NCBI GenBank assembly: GCA_038087875.1
Contig: CM075990.1
Coordinates: forward strand, 8,310,001 to 8,374,000
Source: Malacoraja senta
Lineage: Eukaryota
Direction: 5' to 3'
Length of the DNA stretch: 64,000 nt
In this document: in pieces, positions 12,553 to 25,119 of the stretch
Layout of the letters: each line of letters begins with the position of its first letter
How positions within the stretch are numbered: position 1 is the stretch's first letter
Made by a program: the position numbers and the translations under genes
Notes under the pieces: model-generated
Told to the model about the DNA's origin: nothing
The model's database searches: none
The model's input: only the letters and a program-made list of their open reading frames with translations

Positions 12553-14797
12553 TGGGTATTTTAGACTGGGTATTGAGTAATGAGGAAGGGTTAGTTAGCA
12601 GTCTTGTTGTACGTGCCCCCTTGGGCAAGAGTGACCATAATATGGTTGAGTTCTTCATTAGGATGGAGAGTGACATTGTTAATTCAGAAACAATGGTTCT
12701 GAACTTAAAGAAAGGTAACTTTGAGGTTATGAGACGTGAATTGGCCAAGATTGACTGGCAATTAATTCTAAAAGGGTTGACGGTGGATATGCAATGGAAG
12801 ACATTTAAAGACTGCATGGATGATGCGTACAAATTAGCCAGAAAAAGCAGCATACCGGAGGACTGGGAGAAATTCAGAGACCAGCAGAGGAGGACAAAGG
12901 GCTTAATATGGAAAGGGAAAATAGATTATGAAAGAAAACTGGCAGGGAACATAAAAACTGATTGCAAAAGAGATTAGTTAAAACAAATGTAGGTCCCTTG
13001 CAGTCAGAAACAGGTGAGTTGATAATGGGGAACAAGGATATGGCGGACCAATTGATTAACTACTTTGGTTCCGTCTTCACTAAGGAAGACATAAATAATC
13101 TGCCGGAAATAGCAGGGGACCGCGGGTCAAAGGAGTTGGAGGAATTGAGTGAAATCCAGGTTAGTCGGGAAGTGGTGTTGGGTAAATTGAATGGATTAAA
13201 GGCCGATAAATCCCCAGGGCCAGATAGGCTGCATCCCAGAGTACTTAAGGAAGTAGCTACAGAAATAGTGGATGCATTAGTAATAATCTTTCAAAACTCT
13301 TTAGATTCTGGAGTAGTTCCTGAGGATTGGCGGGTAGCAAACGTAACTCCACTTTTTAAGAACGGAGGGAGAGAGAAAACGGGGAATTACAGACCAGTTA
13401 GTCTAACATCGGTAGTGGGGAAACTGCTAGAGTCAGTTATTAAAGATGGGATAGCAGCACATTTGGAAAGTGGTGAAATCATTGGACAAAGTCAACATGG
13501 ATTTACGAAAGGTAAATCATGTCTGACGAACCTTGTAGAATTTTTCAAGGATGTAACTAGTAGCGTGGATAGGGGAGAACCAGTGGATGTGGTGTATCTG
13601 GACTTCCAGAAGGCTTTCGACAAGGTCCCACATAAGAGAATAGTATACAAACTTAAAGCACATGGCATTGGGGGTTCAGTATTGATGTGGATAGAGAACT
13701 GGCTGGCAAACAGGAAGCAAAGAGTAGGAGTAAACGGGTCCTTTTCACAATGGCAGGCAGTGACTAGTGGGGTACCGCAAGGCTCAGTGCTGGGACCCCA
13801 GCTATTAACAATATATATTAATGATCTGGATGAGGGAATTGAAGGCAATATCTCCAAGTTTGCAGATGACACTAAGCTGGGGGGCAGTGTTAGCTGTGAG
13901 GAGGATGCTAGGAGACTGCAATGTGACTTGGATAGGCTGGGTGAGTGGGCAAATGTTTGGCAGATGCAGTATAATGTGGATAAATGTGAGGTTATCCATT
14001 TTGGTGGCAAAAACAGGAAAGCAGACTATTATCTAAATGGTGGCCGACTAGGAAAAGGGGAGATGCAGCGAGACCTGGGTGTCATGGTACACCAGTCATT
14101 GAAAGTAGGCATGCAGGTGCAGCAGGCAGTGAAGAAAGCGAATGGTATGTTAGCTTTCATAGCAAAAGGATTTAAGTATAGGAGCAGGGAGGTTCTACTG
14201 CAGTTGTACAAGGTCTTGGTGAGACCACACCTGGAGTATTGTGTACAGTTTTGGTCTCCAAATCTGAGGAAGGACATTATTGCCATAGAGGGGGTGCAGA
14301 GAAGGTTCACCAGACTGATTCCTGGGATGTCAGGACTGTCTTATGAAGAAAGACTGGATAGACTTGGTTTATACTCTCTAGAATTTAGGAGATTGAGAGG
14401 GGATCTTATAGAAACGTACAAAATTCTTAAGGGGTTGGACAGGCTAGATGCAGGAAGATTGCTCCCGATGTTGGGCAAGTCCAGGACAAGGGGTCACAGC
14501 TTAAGGATAAGGGGGAAATCCTTTAAAACCGAGATGAGAAGAACTTTTTTCACACAGAGAGTGGTGAATCTCTGGAACTCTCTGCCACAGAGGGTAGTCG
14601 AGGCCAGTTCATTGGCTATATTTAAGAGGGAGTTAGATGTGGCCCTTGTGGCTAAAGGGATCAGAGGGTATGGAGAGAAGGCAGGTACGGGATACTGAGT
14701 TGGATGATCAGCCATGATCATATTGAATGGCGGTGCAGGCTCGAAGGGCCGAATGTCCTACTCCTGCACCTAATTTCTATGTTTCTATGTTTCTATG
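12553..14797 (+). mobile_element. Young 5'-truncated CR1 LINE
   Basis: APE endonuclease end (LDWVLSN..SDH), RT, 3' UTR and (tttctatg)n tail; gatac at both ends. Confidence 0.95.
12962..14698 (+). CDS. CR1 ORF2 reverse transcriptase and C-terminal domain (uninterrupted, no native start)
   Basis: KSPGPD, NYRPVSLTS, LDFQKAFDKVPH, GVPQGSVLGP, KFADDTKL motifs in a 578-aa frame. Confidence 0.93.
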   Translation: MQKRLVKTNVGPLQSETGELIMGNKDMADQLINYFGSVFTKEDINNLPEIAGDRGSKELEELSEIQVSREVVLGKLNGLKADKSPGPDRLHPRVLKEVATEIVDALVIIFQNSLDSGVVPEDWRVANVTPLFKNGGREKTGNYRPVSLTSVVGKLLESVIKDGIAAHLESGEIIGQSQHGFTKGKSCLTNLVEFFKDVTSSVDRGEPVDVVYLDFQKAFDKVPHKRIVYKLKAHGIGGSVLMWIENWLANRKQRVGVNGSFSQWQAVTSGVPQGSVLGPQLLTIYINDLDEGIEGNISKFADDTKLGGSVSCEEDARRLQCDLDRLGEWANVWQMQYNVDKCEVIHFGGKNRKADYYLNGGRLGKGEMQRDLGVMVHQSLKVGMQVQQAVKKANGMLAFIAKGFKYRSREVLLQLYKVLVRPHLEYCVQFWSPNLRKDIIAIEGVQRRFTRLIPGMSGLSYEERLDRLGLYSLEFRRLRGDLIETYKILKGLDRLDAGRLLPMLGKSRTRGHSLRIRGKSFKTEMRRTFFTQRVVNLWNSLPQRVVEASSLAIFKRELDVALVAKGIRGYGEKAGTGY

Positions 14798-15575
14798 ATA
14801 CAAGTTTCAAGACTTGTCAGCTGGAGGCCTAACCGAATAGTCCAGAGTACTGTCGCTATGGCAGCTGTGGAACGCAGTTAATAACCCAAAGTTGACAAAA
14901 AATCTAGTCATTAGCAATGATGTCCACAAAACTTCCACATTGCCAAAACATAACATTTGTCGACTAATTCCCTTCGGTAAAATAAATCTCTCCTTCTTCC
15001 TCGGTCACCCTTCATGTGACTGCAAACTACGAGTGTGATTGACTCTCAAATGGCCTAATAAGCCTCTCAGTTCTATAAATGTCAGCTTTGCCAATTATAA
15101 AGAAGTTATATAACAAAACATGAACATGAACAAAACATGTTTTATCATTGCATGTTGTAATACCTCTAGCCTCTGTAATGTCTCTAGCCTCGATTCTTTT
15201 AAAACGTGTAAATGAAATCAACCTGAACCAAGGGTTTATCACGTTTGAGTTTGATTAGCTTTAATAACTTTAATAAATCCTCATTTTCTATTTTAAATTC
15301 ACTCATTCCATTACTCATCTTTATTTACCATAACTCTCTTTTAAATATCAATTTTAAATACCGATTTAATACTTCTGCTATCTGTCTATTGTTGTATAAC
15401 ATCCATGGATGGACTCATTGTGATAGGAGACAGGCCCTTCGGCCCATTGTGTCCATGCCATCCATCAATGTCTTTGTATTTCTCTGTTGTAATATCGTCT
15501 TCTTCCCATCCCAACTTAATGTACATTTTACAAATTAATGGGAAAAATATACAACTATTTTGAATCTTTTGTCCA

Positions 15576-15880
15576 TAGTTTAGTTTAGAGATACAATGCT
15601 GAAATAGGCCCTTCAGCCCACCGAGTCCACACCGACCAGCGATCCTCGCACATTAACACTACCCAACAAACACTAGGGACAATTTTACATTTATACCGAG
15701 CCAATTAACCTGCAAACCTGTACGTCTTTGGAGTGTGGGAGGAAACCGAAGATCTCGGAGAAAACCCACACAGGTCATGGGGAGAACATATAAACTCCGC
15801 ACAGATAAGCACCTGTAGTCAGGATCGTACCCGGGTTTCTGATGCTGTAAGGCAGTAACTCTACTGCCGCCGTGCTGCCT
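15576..15880 (-). mobile_element. HE1-type SINE
   Basis: Full-length reverse copy. Confidence 0.9.
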
Positions 15881-16683
15881 TCATATTTAATTTGAAAGTT
15901 TCCTTTTATTTTCCTAACTATATATTTTTAGCATCTCTCTTAATCGTTCTTTATTCTCTCTTCAGCCCTCAGTGTAACTTCTCCTTCCTCATCTCAAGTT
16001 ATTCCATTATATCTTTATTCCTCTATGTACTGTCAGAGGTACTTAGACTCCTTTCTTCTTTCAGGAGAATATTTTTCTTGCATTGTCTTGGACAGAGTGG
16101 AACATGGAATAAGGTGGTAGTGTATTGCTGTAGGTGGTAGATAAATCGAGTAAGGCGATAAGCAGCGGGAGTGAAGTGGTAGACACATGGAGCAAAGTGA
16201 GGTGTTGGTACATAGAGTGATGTGGTGGTTGCTACATGGAGTGGGATGATGAGTAACTGGAGTGTAGTTGGTCTGTTGAGTAGAGTTGGTGGTATATGAA
16301 GTAAGATGGTTAATGCAATCTGTGAGATATTAACTACATTCATTAAATGGTAGATTATCCGGAGGAGACGGCTAATGCAAGGGTTGAGGTGGTTGGTTCA
16401 TCCGATGGGATTGTTGGTACTTTGAGGTGATTGATATGTGGCAAGGTACATCCATTCAGATGGTAGGTACAGTGAACGTGGTAGGTGGTAGATGAAGTGG
16501 GATGCTTGGCACATGGAATGAGGTAGACAGTACGACCATTAAGATTGGAAGTACATCAAGTGAAGTTGTGGGTCCATGGATGGTGGTGGGAGGTACATGG
16601 GTTGTGGTGGTAGATGCAGGGAGTGGGTGCTTAGTACTTGCAATGAAATGCTTGGCCCATAGAAGGAGAAGGCAAATTGATGC

Positions 16684-17120
16684 AATGGAGCGGCTGGGCT
16701 TGTATACTCTGGAATTTAGAAGGATGAGAGGACACCTTATTGAAACATATACGATTATTAAGGGATGCAGAAAACATGTTCCCGATGTTGGGGGAGTCCA
16801 GAACCAGGGGCCACAGTTTAAGAATAAGGGGTAGGCCATTTAGAACGGAGATGTGGAAAAACTTTTTTACCGAGAGAATTGTGAATCTGTGGAATTCTCT
16901 GCCTCAGAAGGCAGTGGAGGCCAATTCTCTGGATGCTTTCAAGTGAGTTGGATAGAGCTCTTAAAGATAGCGGCCAGGGGATATGGTGAGAAGGCAGGAA
17001 TGGGGCATCCATTATGGATGATCAGCTATGAACACAGTGAATGGTGGTGCTGGCTCGAAGGGCCTAATATATTACTCCTGCACCTATTGTCTATTGTCTA
17101 TTATCTATTGTCTATTGTCA
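16684..17120 (+). mobile_element. CR1 3' fragment
   Basis: MERLGLYTLEFRRMRG..., (ctattgt)n tail. Confidence 0.9.
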
Positions 17121-17269
17121 ATCAATGAGAAAGTAAGTATATCTGGTGAAATGGTAGGCAGATGGAGGAGTGTATGGTGTGAGAGATTGATATATCCAGA
17201 AAGATGGTACTTTGGCAAAAGTGGCTAATATGTAGAGTACGTTGACCGGAATATCCAGTGAGATATTCT

Positions 17270-17690
17270 GCGGGTCTGCGGGCGGCGGCGCTGAACTTTA
17301 ACAACGGGAGCCTGGGATCTCTCGCCGAGATCGCCAGTGGTGGAGCTCCATCCAGCACGGCCTGTTGGCTTTGGAAGCCGCAGTCTCGAGTAAGGAGGCG
17401 GCCGGCCGTTCCAGGTGTCCCAAGCCGCTGAGAGGGTTCTCCCGACACCGGGCCTCCGTGAAGGCGACTGTGGAGGCCTCAATAGGCCCGACTATGGGTA
17501 CACATGGGATGGGGACTGGACTTTGTGCCTTCCCCCACAGTGGGAACCATTGTGGGGGGATGTTTTTATGTTTTATGTTAAATTTCTTTAATGTTGTGTC
17601 CAATTTGTGCTGCATGGCAAGACAAACTTCACTACACCATTTGGTGTATGTGGCAATAAATGTCCTTTGTCCTTTGTCCTTTGTCCTTTG
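17270..17690 (+). mobile_element. GC-rich retroposon 3' end with Rex1-like tail
   Basis: Ends with aaacttcactacaccatttggtgtatgtggcaataaa hairpin and (tgtcctt)n. Confidence 0.55.
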
Positions 17691-17844
17691 AGATCGGATC
17701 GAGTATCTCGACTGAGGAGATTGATATGTGGAGTGTGGTGCAGTGGTTGGTACAGGGTGAGAGGAGGCTGGTATATGGAGTCAAGTGGTTAGTGTTGGGA
17801 AGTGAGGTGATAACTCAGTAAGAAGGTAGAGACACAGAATGTCA

Positions 17845-18487
17845 AGAGAGAGAGATGTCTTATTGTCAGATGTACCGAAACGGAACAATGACATTCTTAC
17901 TTGCAGCAACACAACAGGTTTGTAACAGTACTGAATAGATAATTTAATAACAACCAGAAAAAGACAGTTAAATACATTAAAAATATAATTATATAAAGAA
18001 CAGTTGTATCATTAAGGTTAATTGACTTGATATTAATGTAGATTGTCCCTGTTGCATGTAGGATTGTGTTAATGTGTGCGGAGATCGCTGATCGGCGCGG
18101 TCTTGGTGGGTCGATGGCGCTGTTTCCATGATGTATCTCTATACTAGACTAAAATAAACTAACAAAACAAACCCCAATGTCCCTTGTGCAACCAAAGCAG
18201 TTCCTAGTTCAGAGTTTAGTTGGAGTTTGTTGTGGTCAACAGCCTAAAGGTCATTGGGAAGAAGCTGTTCCTGAATCTGGAGGTTACAGTTTTCAGACTC
18301 CTATACCTTCTTCCTCGTGGCAGGAGTGAAATGAGAGCATGGTCAGGGTGGTGTGGCTCCCTGATAATGCTGGCTATCCTATTGAGACAGCTCCTCCTCT
18401 GGATCCCAATGGTGGGGAGGTCAGTAACTGTGATGGACCAGGCAGTGTTCACCACTTTTTGTAATCTCCTTTGTTCCTGAGCATTCG
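17845..18487 (-). mobile_element. Rex1/Babar 3' fragment with nested HE1 piece (~18015-18150)
   Basis: RRLQKVVNTA...HPDHALISLLPRGRRYRS...RNSFFP. Confidence 0.85.
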
Positions 18488-18504
18488 ACACAAAGCATTG
18501 AGCA

Positions 18505-18700
18505 AAGACACAAAGACCTGGAGTAACTCAGCGGCTCAGGCAATATCCCGAGAGATCAAGGATAGGTGACATTTTGGGTCGGTTCCCATCTTCGGGCCCC
18601 TTTAATCTGAAGAAGGGTCCCGACCTATCCAAGCATCACCTATCCATGCTCTCCAGAGAAGCTGCCTGACCACTGAGTTATTCCAGGTCTTTGTGTCCTT
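18505..18700. mobile_element. Palindromic Penelope-derived element with decayed hammerheads
   Basis: gacacaaagacctggagtaactcag / ctgagttattccaggtctttgtgtc arms; central ctgaagaagggtcccgacc. Confidence 0.8.
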
Positions 18701-19074
18701 CTCTTTGTATCTGTCCTGCCTACTGGATGGCAGCATCTTTAACATCCAACAAGACTGTCAAACTCTTTGCACTCTCAGCAAATGTTTAAGATTGATGTAG
18801 ACAGCACAAAATGGAAAGGAAACCAATCGATTCCAATTAATAACTGGGTGTATTTCATTTAGTTGGCTCGCTTTTTTTCCCTTGCAAATTCCATAATATT
18901 CCTTATTCCTTAGCCAGCTGCAGACATTTCACAATTGTTATGTGATAACACAAAGGATAGTTTTTAAGTCACCATGTGGACCTTTCCAAGTCGTCGTGAG
19001 GCGTGAATCTGTGAAATATTTCTCTTTGTTATTGACCAGGCAGAAGGACATGGAGGATGGGGAACTTTAGGGAG

Positions 19075-20110
19075 GGATACGCTGATACTATAGAGCATAT
19101 TGGGATCAAGAAAGAGGACATACCAGAAATATTGGAGCACATTAGGGTGGATAAATCCCCTTGGCTTGGCACAATCTATCCAAGGATGCTTTGGTAAGCA
19201 AGGAGGAAACTTGCCAGGGGTCGGATGGCCTTTTTTGTATCTTTTGGTGAGGTTACCAGAAGACTAGAGAAAAACAAATGTTGTCCTCTTATTCAAAAAA
19301 AGGCATTAGGGATAAGACTGGAAACTACAGGCCCATGCGCCTTACATTGGTGGTGGTGGAGGTGTGGAGAAGATTTAGAGGTGACAGGATCTATGTTCAC
19401 TTGGAGAGGCAGGGACTGATTTGGTCAGCATAGTTTTGAACAGGGACGATCATGTCTTCCAAACCTGATTGAGTTATTTAAGGAGGTAACTAAGAAGGGA
19501 GATGAAGGGAGAGTGGTAGATATGGTGTACGCAGAATATAGTAAGGCTTCTGACAAGGTCTTGCATGGATAGGTTGATCCGAAAGGTTACGGCACAAGGG
19601 ATCTGAGGTGTGTTGGCTAACTGGAACCAAAATTGGCTTGGTAGTAGGAAGCAGGGGGTAGTAGTAGATGTGTGTTGTTTTGACTGGAAGTCTGGTGTAC
19701 CATGTGATCAGTGCTGGGAGCTTTGTTATTTGCAATATATATGAATGACTTTGATGAAGGTGGTATGATAAAGAAATTTGCACTCGGAATGAAAATTGGT
19801 GGAGTTGTAGATGGAGAAGAAGATTTTCTAAGGATACAATGGAATATAGATCAACTGGCAAGTTGGACTGAGCTGTGGCAGGTGGCATTTAATCTAGACA
19901 AGGGTGAAGAAATAGAAAGTGGGAAGTCAAATTCTGTCAAGACAGTTAATGGCAGGGAACTTAGCAACATTGATGGGTGCAGATTCTCAGCTCTCTGAAA
20001 ATGGCAATACAGGGGGACAATGAAAAAGGGTTTTGGTATGTTTGCATGTATGACCAAGGCCTTGAGTGTAAGACCATAAGAGATGTTGCAGTTGTACATA
20101 TTGTTAGTTA
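19075..20110 (+). mobile_element. Old CR1 ORF2 remnant
   Basis: Frameshifted VDKSP, SVLGALLFAIYMND, KFALGMKIGG. Confidence 0.8.
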
Positions 20111-20827
20111 TGGCTGATCATCCAAAATCAGTACCCCGTTCCTGCTTTCTCCCCATATCCCGATTCCTTACGATTCCGTATGATTCAATGATTCTGATTA
20201 GAATGCATTTTTCTCAAGTACATGATTTTAACTAGCCCATCCTATTCTCCTTATTTATCAAACATCTTTAAAATCACTATACAAACACAAAGTACTTTTG
20301 CTATAACACCAGGGTAAGTGCTCAGCCAAGAAAACCAAGCCTAAAGACAAAGTTCTATCTATACTGGTTATACCAACTATACCAGATATTTGTTACTTCC
20401 CCCTAGATTTCTCCATTGTTTTTACCTTCTGGATGTCCAGTCTCACTGAGGGCCTCAAACTGGGAAGATAAGAAGTGCTGGAAATCAAAAAAATGCCAAC
20501 TGTTGGAATTCTTAAATAACACCAGAAGATGCTGGAAGCACTCAGCAGGTTAGGAAGGAGAAACAGAATTAATATTTCATGGTGAAAACCTTTACTCATA
20601 ACTCTGAAAAAGAGAAAACAAGTTGGTTCAAAGTTACAGATGAGGTGGGGGTGAGGGTTGGATAGAATGGGGGGAGCATCCATGACAGGGTGAGGTCAGG
20701 TTTGCCTTGGGGATATGTTGTAGAGAAAACACGTGGTCAATAGATTAATGGGGACAGTTTCGTAAAGAGAAAATGAGAGCATTTTAAGAGTGAGAATATT
20801 AATAAAAGAATGTGGAAGTTAAGAGGT

Positions 20828-21510
20828 TGCATTTGGAGTTTTGTGTTCGGATTTGATCCCACTGCTACATAGGAAAGATGCTGTTAAGCTGGAAAGAGTG
20901 CATAGAAGATTTACAAGGATGTTGCCAGTTCTCGAGGCTCAGACTTTATTCCTTGGAGCACAGGAGGCTGAGGGCCTTAGTGCTTGTAGATCTTATAGGT
21001 GTATATAATTATGAGGAGAATAGATCGTGTGAATGTACAGAGTTGTTTTTTACCCGGAGTAAGGAAATTGCAAACCCGAGGACATGGGTTTAAGGTGAGA
21101 GGGGAAAGATTTAACAGGGCAACGTTTTCCACACCGAGGTTGGTAGGTGGACACAAAATGCTGGAGTAACTCAGCGGGGAGGCAACATCTCTGGAGAGAA
21201 GGAATGGGCCCGTTCCTTCTCTCCAGAGATGCTTCCTCACCCGCGAAGTTACTCCAGCATTTTGTGTCTACCTTCGATTTAAAACAGCATCTGCAGTTCT
21301 TTCTTACACAGAGGTTGGAAGGTATATGGAACGAGCTACCAGAGGAGGTAGTTGAGGCAGGAACTATAATAACATTTCAAAGATATTTGGACAGGATAGG
21401 ATAGGTTTAGAGGGCGATTGGCCAAATGCAGGTAAGTGGGACTAGCAGAGGTGATGCATTTTGGTTAACATGGGCTAGTTGGGCCGTGCTGCAAGACTCT
21501 ATGATTCTAC
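20828..21510 (+). mobile_element. CR1 3' fragment
   Basis: LYSLEHRRLR, GIWNELPEEVVEAG, 3' UTR ending gactctatgattcta. Confidence 0.8.
21149..21305. mobile_element. Palindromic Penelope-derived element nested in CR1
   Basis: ~60-bp inverted arms; flanks acaccgaggttggtaggt / acacagaggttggaaggt. Confidence 0.85.
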
Positions 21511-21609
21511 ATGCATGGCAGTAGGACGTGGCTGGCATGACAGTCTGTGTGAATGGTGAGAGAAAACTGTTCCAATATCACAGATTGATGACTTTTTGCA
21601 GAAATGTTG

Positions 21610-21817
21610 AAAGAAGGAACTGCCGATTCAGGTTTACACAAAAGGACCCAGAGTGCTGGATTAACTCAGCAGGTCAGGCAGCATCTCAGTAGGACATGGA
21701 TCGGTGACATTTCAGGTTTGGACACTTTGCAAGTGAGGGTCTCGACCTGGAATATCTCGTATACATGTTCTCCAGAGATGCTGCTTGACCCGCTGAGTTA
21801 CTCCAGCACTTTGTGTC
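21610..21817. mobile_element. Palindromic Penelope-derived element (older)
   Basis: gtgctggattaactcagc / gctgagttactccagcac arms. Confidence 0.75.
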
Positions 21818-22339
21818 ATTTATTCTGTTGCAGAAATGGCCAGTTTTCATGCAGAGAAAGTGAGTTATCCAAAGTCATAGCGTTCATGATGAGGCCGGGG
21901 GGATGGAAGATGTGGAGCTCTTGGCAAGTTGGGTGTGATTGTAAACACTGCAGGAGGCCAGAGATGGATGGGTCAGAGTGTGGGACATTCATGAGTTCTA
22001 GGAGCAGAATCTTTGGGACGTGGGAGGAAATCAGATCATCTAGGAGAAACACATGCTGTCACGGGAAGAACGGGCAACCTCCACACAGACAGCATCCGAG
22101 GTCAAGATTGAACCTGGATCTCTGGTGCTGTGTGGCAGTGGCTCTACTAGCTGCACCGCCTTGCTGCCCTCTCTCATGTACCTATCACATCAACTCCCTC
22201 TTTTATGAATGCTTCCGCCATTAACTAACATTAAGGAGTTACTCGCAATGGGCAATTAACCAGGTTTTTGAGATCTGGGTGGAATCTGGTGCAACCTGAG
22301 AAAAGCTAGCAGTCATGGGATGAACATGTAAACTCCACA

Positions 22340-24700
22340 GAGGCAGCATATAACCACCATTATCTGAAAGAAAAGTGATGTAGGGGCAGAAATTATTACA
22401 GTAACTCAAATTAGAGAAGCTAATAGTTACAAATGAATGTTAACAGGCAAAAATATTTTTTGTAAACATTTTGGAAAAGAGCATTGCAAGTTGAATGCAG
22501 TTAAACTACTTTTGCCAAGTAATATGTTCTAATAACAAGAGGGCAGCCATGACTAGATTTAGCAATGATTAATGAACCAGACAGTCAATGGTGGAGATAC
22601 ATTTATCTAATAATGATGACAATATCAAATTCAATATTAATTTTGGAAGCGGGAAACTTAACAAAGTTACCAAGATCCTCGATTTAATTATGGAATCAGG
22701 CAGAGAATGACAAAAGCAAACCTGTTAGATTTTTTATCACATTAACCTACAGATGGGTTGCGTGAGATGTGCAAGAGGAATTTAGCTTAATACAGTTAAA
22801 TGTAGCCCCCAGGGTGGAGAGGGTTACTGATAAATAAAACTGCCGACGTCTATCCAGAAATTCAGAGATAATGAGAAACTGAAGAGGAGTCAAGTGCAAA
22901 GACTGTTATCATCCAAGGGGCTGAGACTGATAAACAGTGGCAAAGGAAGACAAAAATGATAGTTAAACTAAAAAAGGAGCATAAAAAGAAATTCACTGAG
23001 GATAGCAAGATTTAAAAAAAATAAGTCCAGGTAATTTTAATCGAAGAAAAATATTAGACTATTGATGGAAACCCTCCAGGTTTTTATCACAAATAGAGGT
23101 GGCAGTCATGCATAATATATTTGTGCAAGTCTTTATAGAAGAGGTCGAGGTGAATATTGCAAATATTGGACAACTTAGTAAACAGAAAAAAACACCAAAG
23201 GATCACATAATCCTCAGAGCTGATAGGTCACCCAATTGATTCATTTCCAACATAATCTTCCAAAGAGCTCTCGATTCAATAATTTTCCTTGTAGATTGGA
23301 AAGTTGCAAATGCGACTCATTCAAGGTGAGCAAGAGATAAAGAAAAATAGGAAATTATAGTCCTGTCGGCTTAGCATCTGCTGAGGGGCAGTTACTGGAA
23401 TCCATAATTAATGATTGAACACTTAGAGAAACGAAGACTGATTAGAGAGTGGATTTGTAAATAGTAGCTCACTTCTTTCAAGTCGAATTGAATTATTTTA
23501 GAAAGTAAGTAAAACAGTGGACTCGGGAATATCTGTGCAAGTAATTTATATGGATTTCTAGAAGATATTCAATCAGTTTACACCTAAGAAGCTGTTAGCT
23601 AAAATTAAAACATGAAAATGAACTGCGCTGGAAATTGGTTGGGTAATAAAAGTCAGAATGCAGATATACTGCATTCATACTTGGGTTGGAATGAATTGTT
23701 TAGCAGTGTCTTGATAGGATCTGTGCTTAGATCACAGCCAGTCACTTTATTTTTTAATCATGCATAACACAAAAGAGAGACACAGGCCCAAGATTACTGC
23801 TGCAACAGAGATGTGTAATATCGTAAATAATGTAGATAGGAACATAAGATTTCTAAGAGATTGATAAATTAAGTCAGAAAGCAAAATTGTACTAGATGCA
23901 TTTTAATGTAGTTAAATAGCACTTTCCACATTAGAACAGAAGAAGATTGTGTAGGATGGAACTGCAGATGCTGGTTTACACCAAAGATAGATGCAAAATG
24001 CTGGTGTAACACAGTGGGAAGGTAGCATCTCTAGAGAGGCTGACGTTTCGGGTCGCGTCTGAAAAAGGGTCTCGACTGGAAACGTCACCCATTCCATCTC
24101 TCCAGAGATGCTGCCTGTCCTCCTGCTAAGTTACTCCAGCATTTTGTGTCCATCTTCAGAAGAAGATTGTTCAGATTGTAATTCAACTGGTGAAAAACTC
24201 AGTGTAGTTAAGGTCCAAAGAGATTTGGGGTCAATGAATACAGATCACTGAAATAATTATTTAGTTTTGAAAATAATCAAAAGGGTGAGTTGAAAGACAC
24301 CTTTCGGAAGTTAGGGTAGAACAAAGGGGGAAAGGTATCATACACAAGGCTCTGGTTAGACTCTAATTGGTGTGTTGTGTATGTTTCTGGGGACCTTGTA
24401 AAGAATAGATTCAGCTTTTACCAGGATGTTCCCAGGACATCAAGAGATGTTATACCAATGAAGCTTGTAATCTCAGGGATGTGAAAGTGGGAAGGGAAGT
24501 TTGATTGTTTTATTTTGATATTTTAAAAACAAAAATGAAAGCATTAAATGACGATATTTTCTGCTGGTAGATGCATAAAGGTGCAACCACCCAAAAAAAG
24601 CTATCAACCCATTGGAGGAAACTTGAGGAAACATTATCCTACACTGACAGTGATGGAACTGTGGAATTATCAATTAAGCAGTTTGAATCCGAAAGACTGA
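22340..24700 (+). mobile_element. Very old CR1 ORF2 remnant
   Basis: Decayed DWKVANA, GNYSPVGLAS, IYMDF*KIF motifs. Confidence 0.65.
23951..24156. mobile_element. Palindromic Penelope-derived element with 14-bp TSD
   Basis: cagaagaagattgt at 23937-23950 and 24157-24170; back-to-back hammerhead remnants at the centre. Confidence 0.9.
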
Positions 24701-25119
24701 TGGCACATTTCCATGTCTCCATAAAAACAATAATCTGATATTTTTTGATAAATTAAAAATATTAAAAATCAAATAAAACATAATATAAAATAAAATATTT
24801 CAGTTAACTCAATGTCTTAACCCATCCTAGAAATATATTTCCTAAAACTCCACCTAACATGAATTACTTTGAAGTACACTGTTACAAAATATTTGCAACT
24901 CGACAACAGAAAATCCTCCCACCTGCCTTCATCTAACTCCATCAACACCTCTCCTGTTTTAAATGCAGATCTAACTTCTTCTAGCATACATCAATGGTCT
25001 TCACCTCAATTATTCCTTATGATCATGTCTTCCACAGTCTATTGATCCTCTTGGTTAAGCAGCTTCTCCTGAATTCCCAATTGGATCCATCAATGAATCT
25101 TATTTTTGGCTCTTTGTTC

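Noticed and set aside
12182..14721. Minus-strand ORFs (223, 172, 93 aa)
   Set aside because: Antisense shadows of CR1 ORF2
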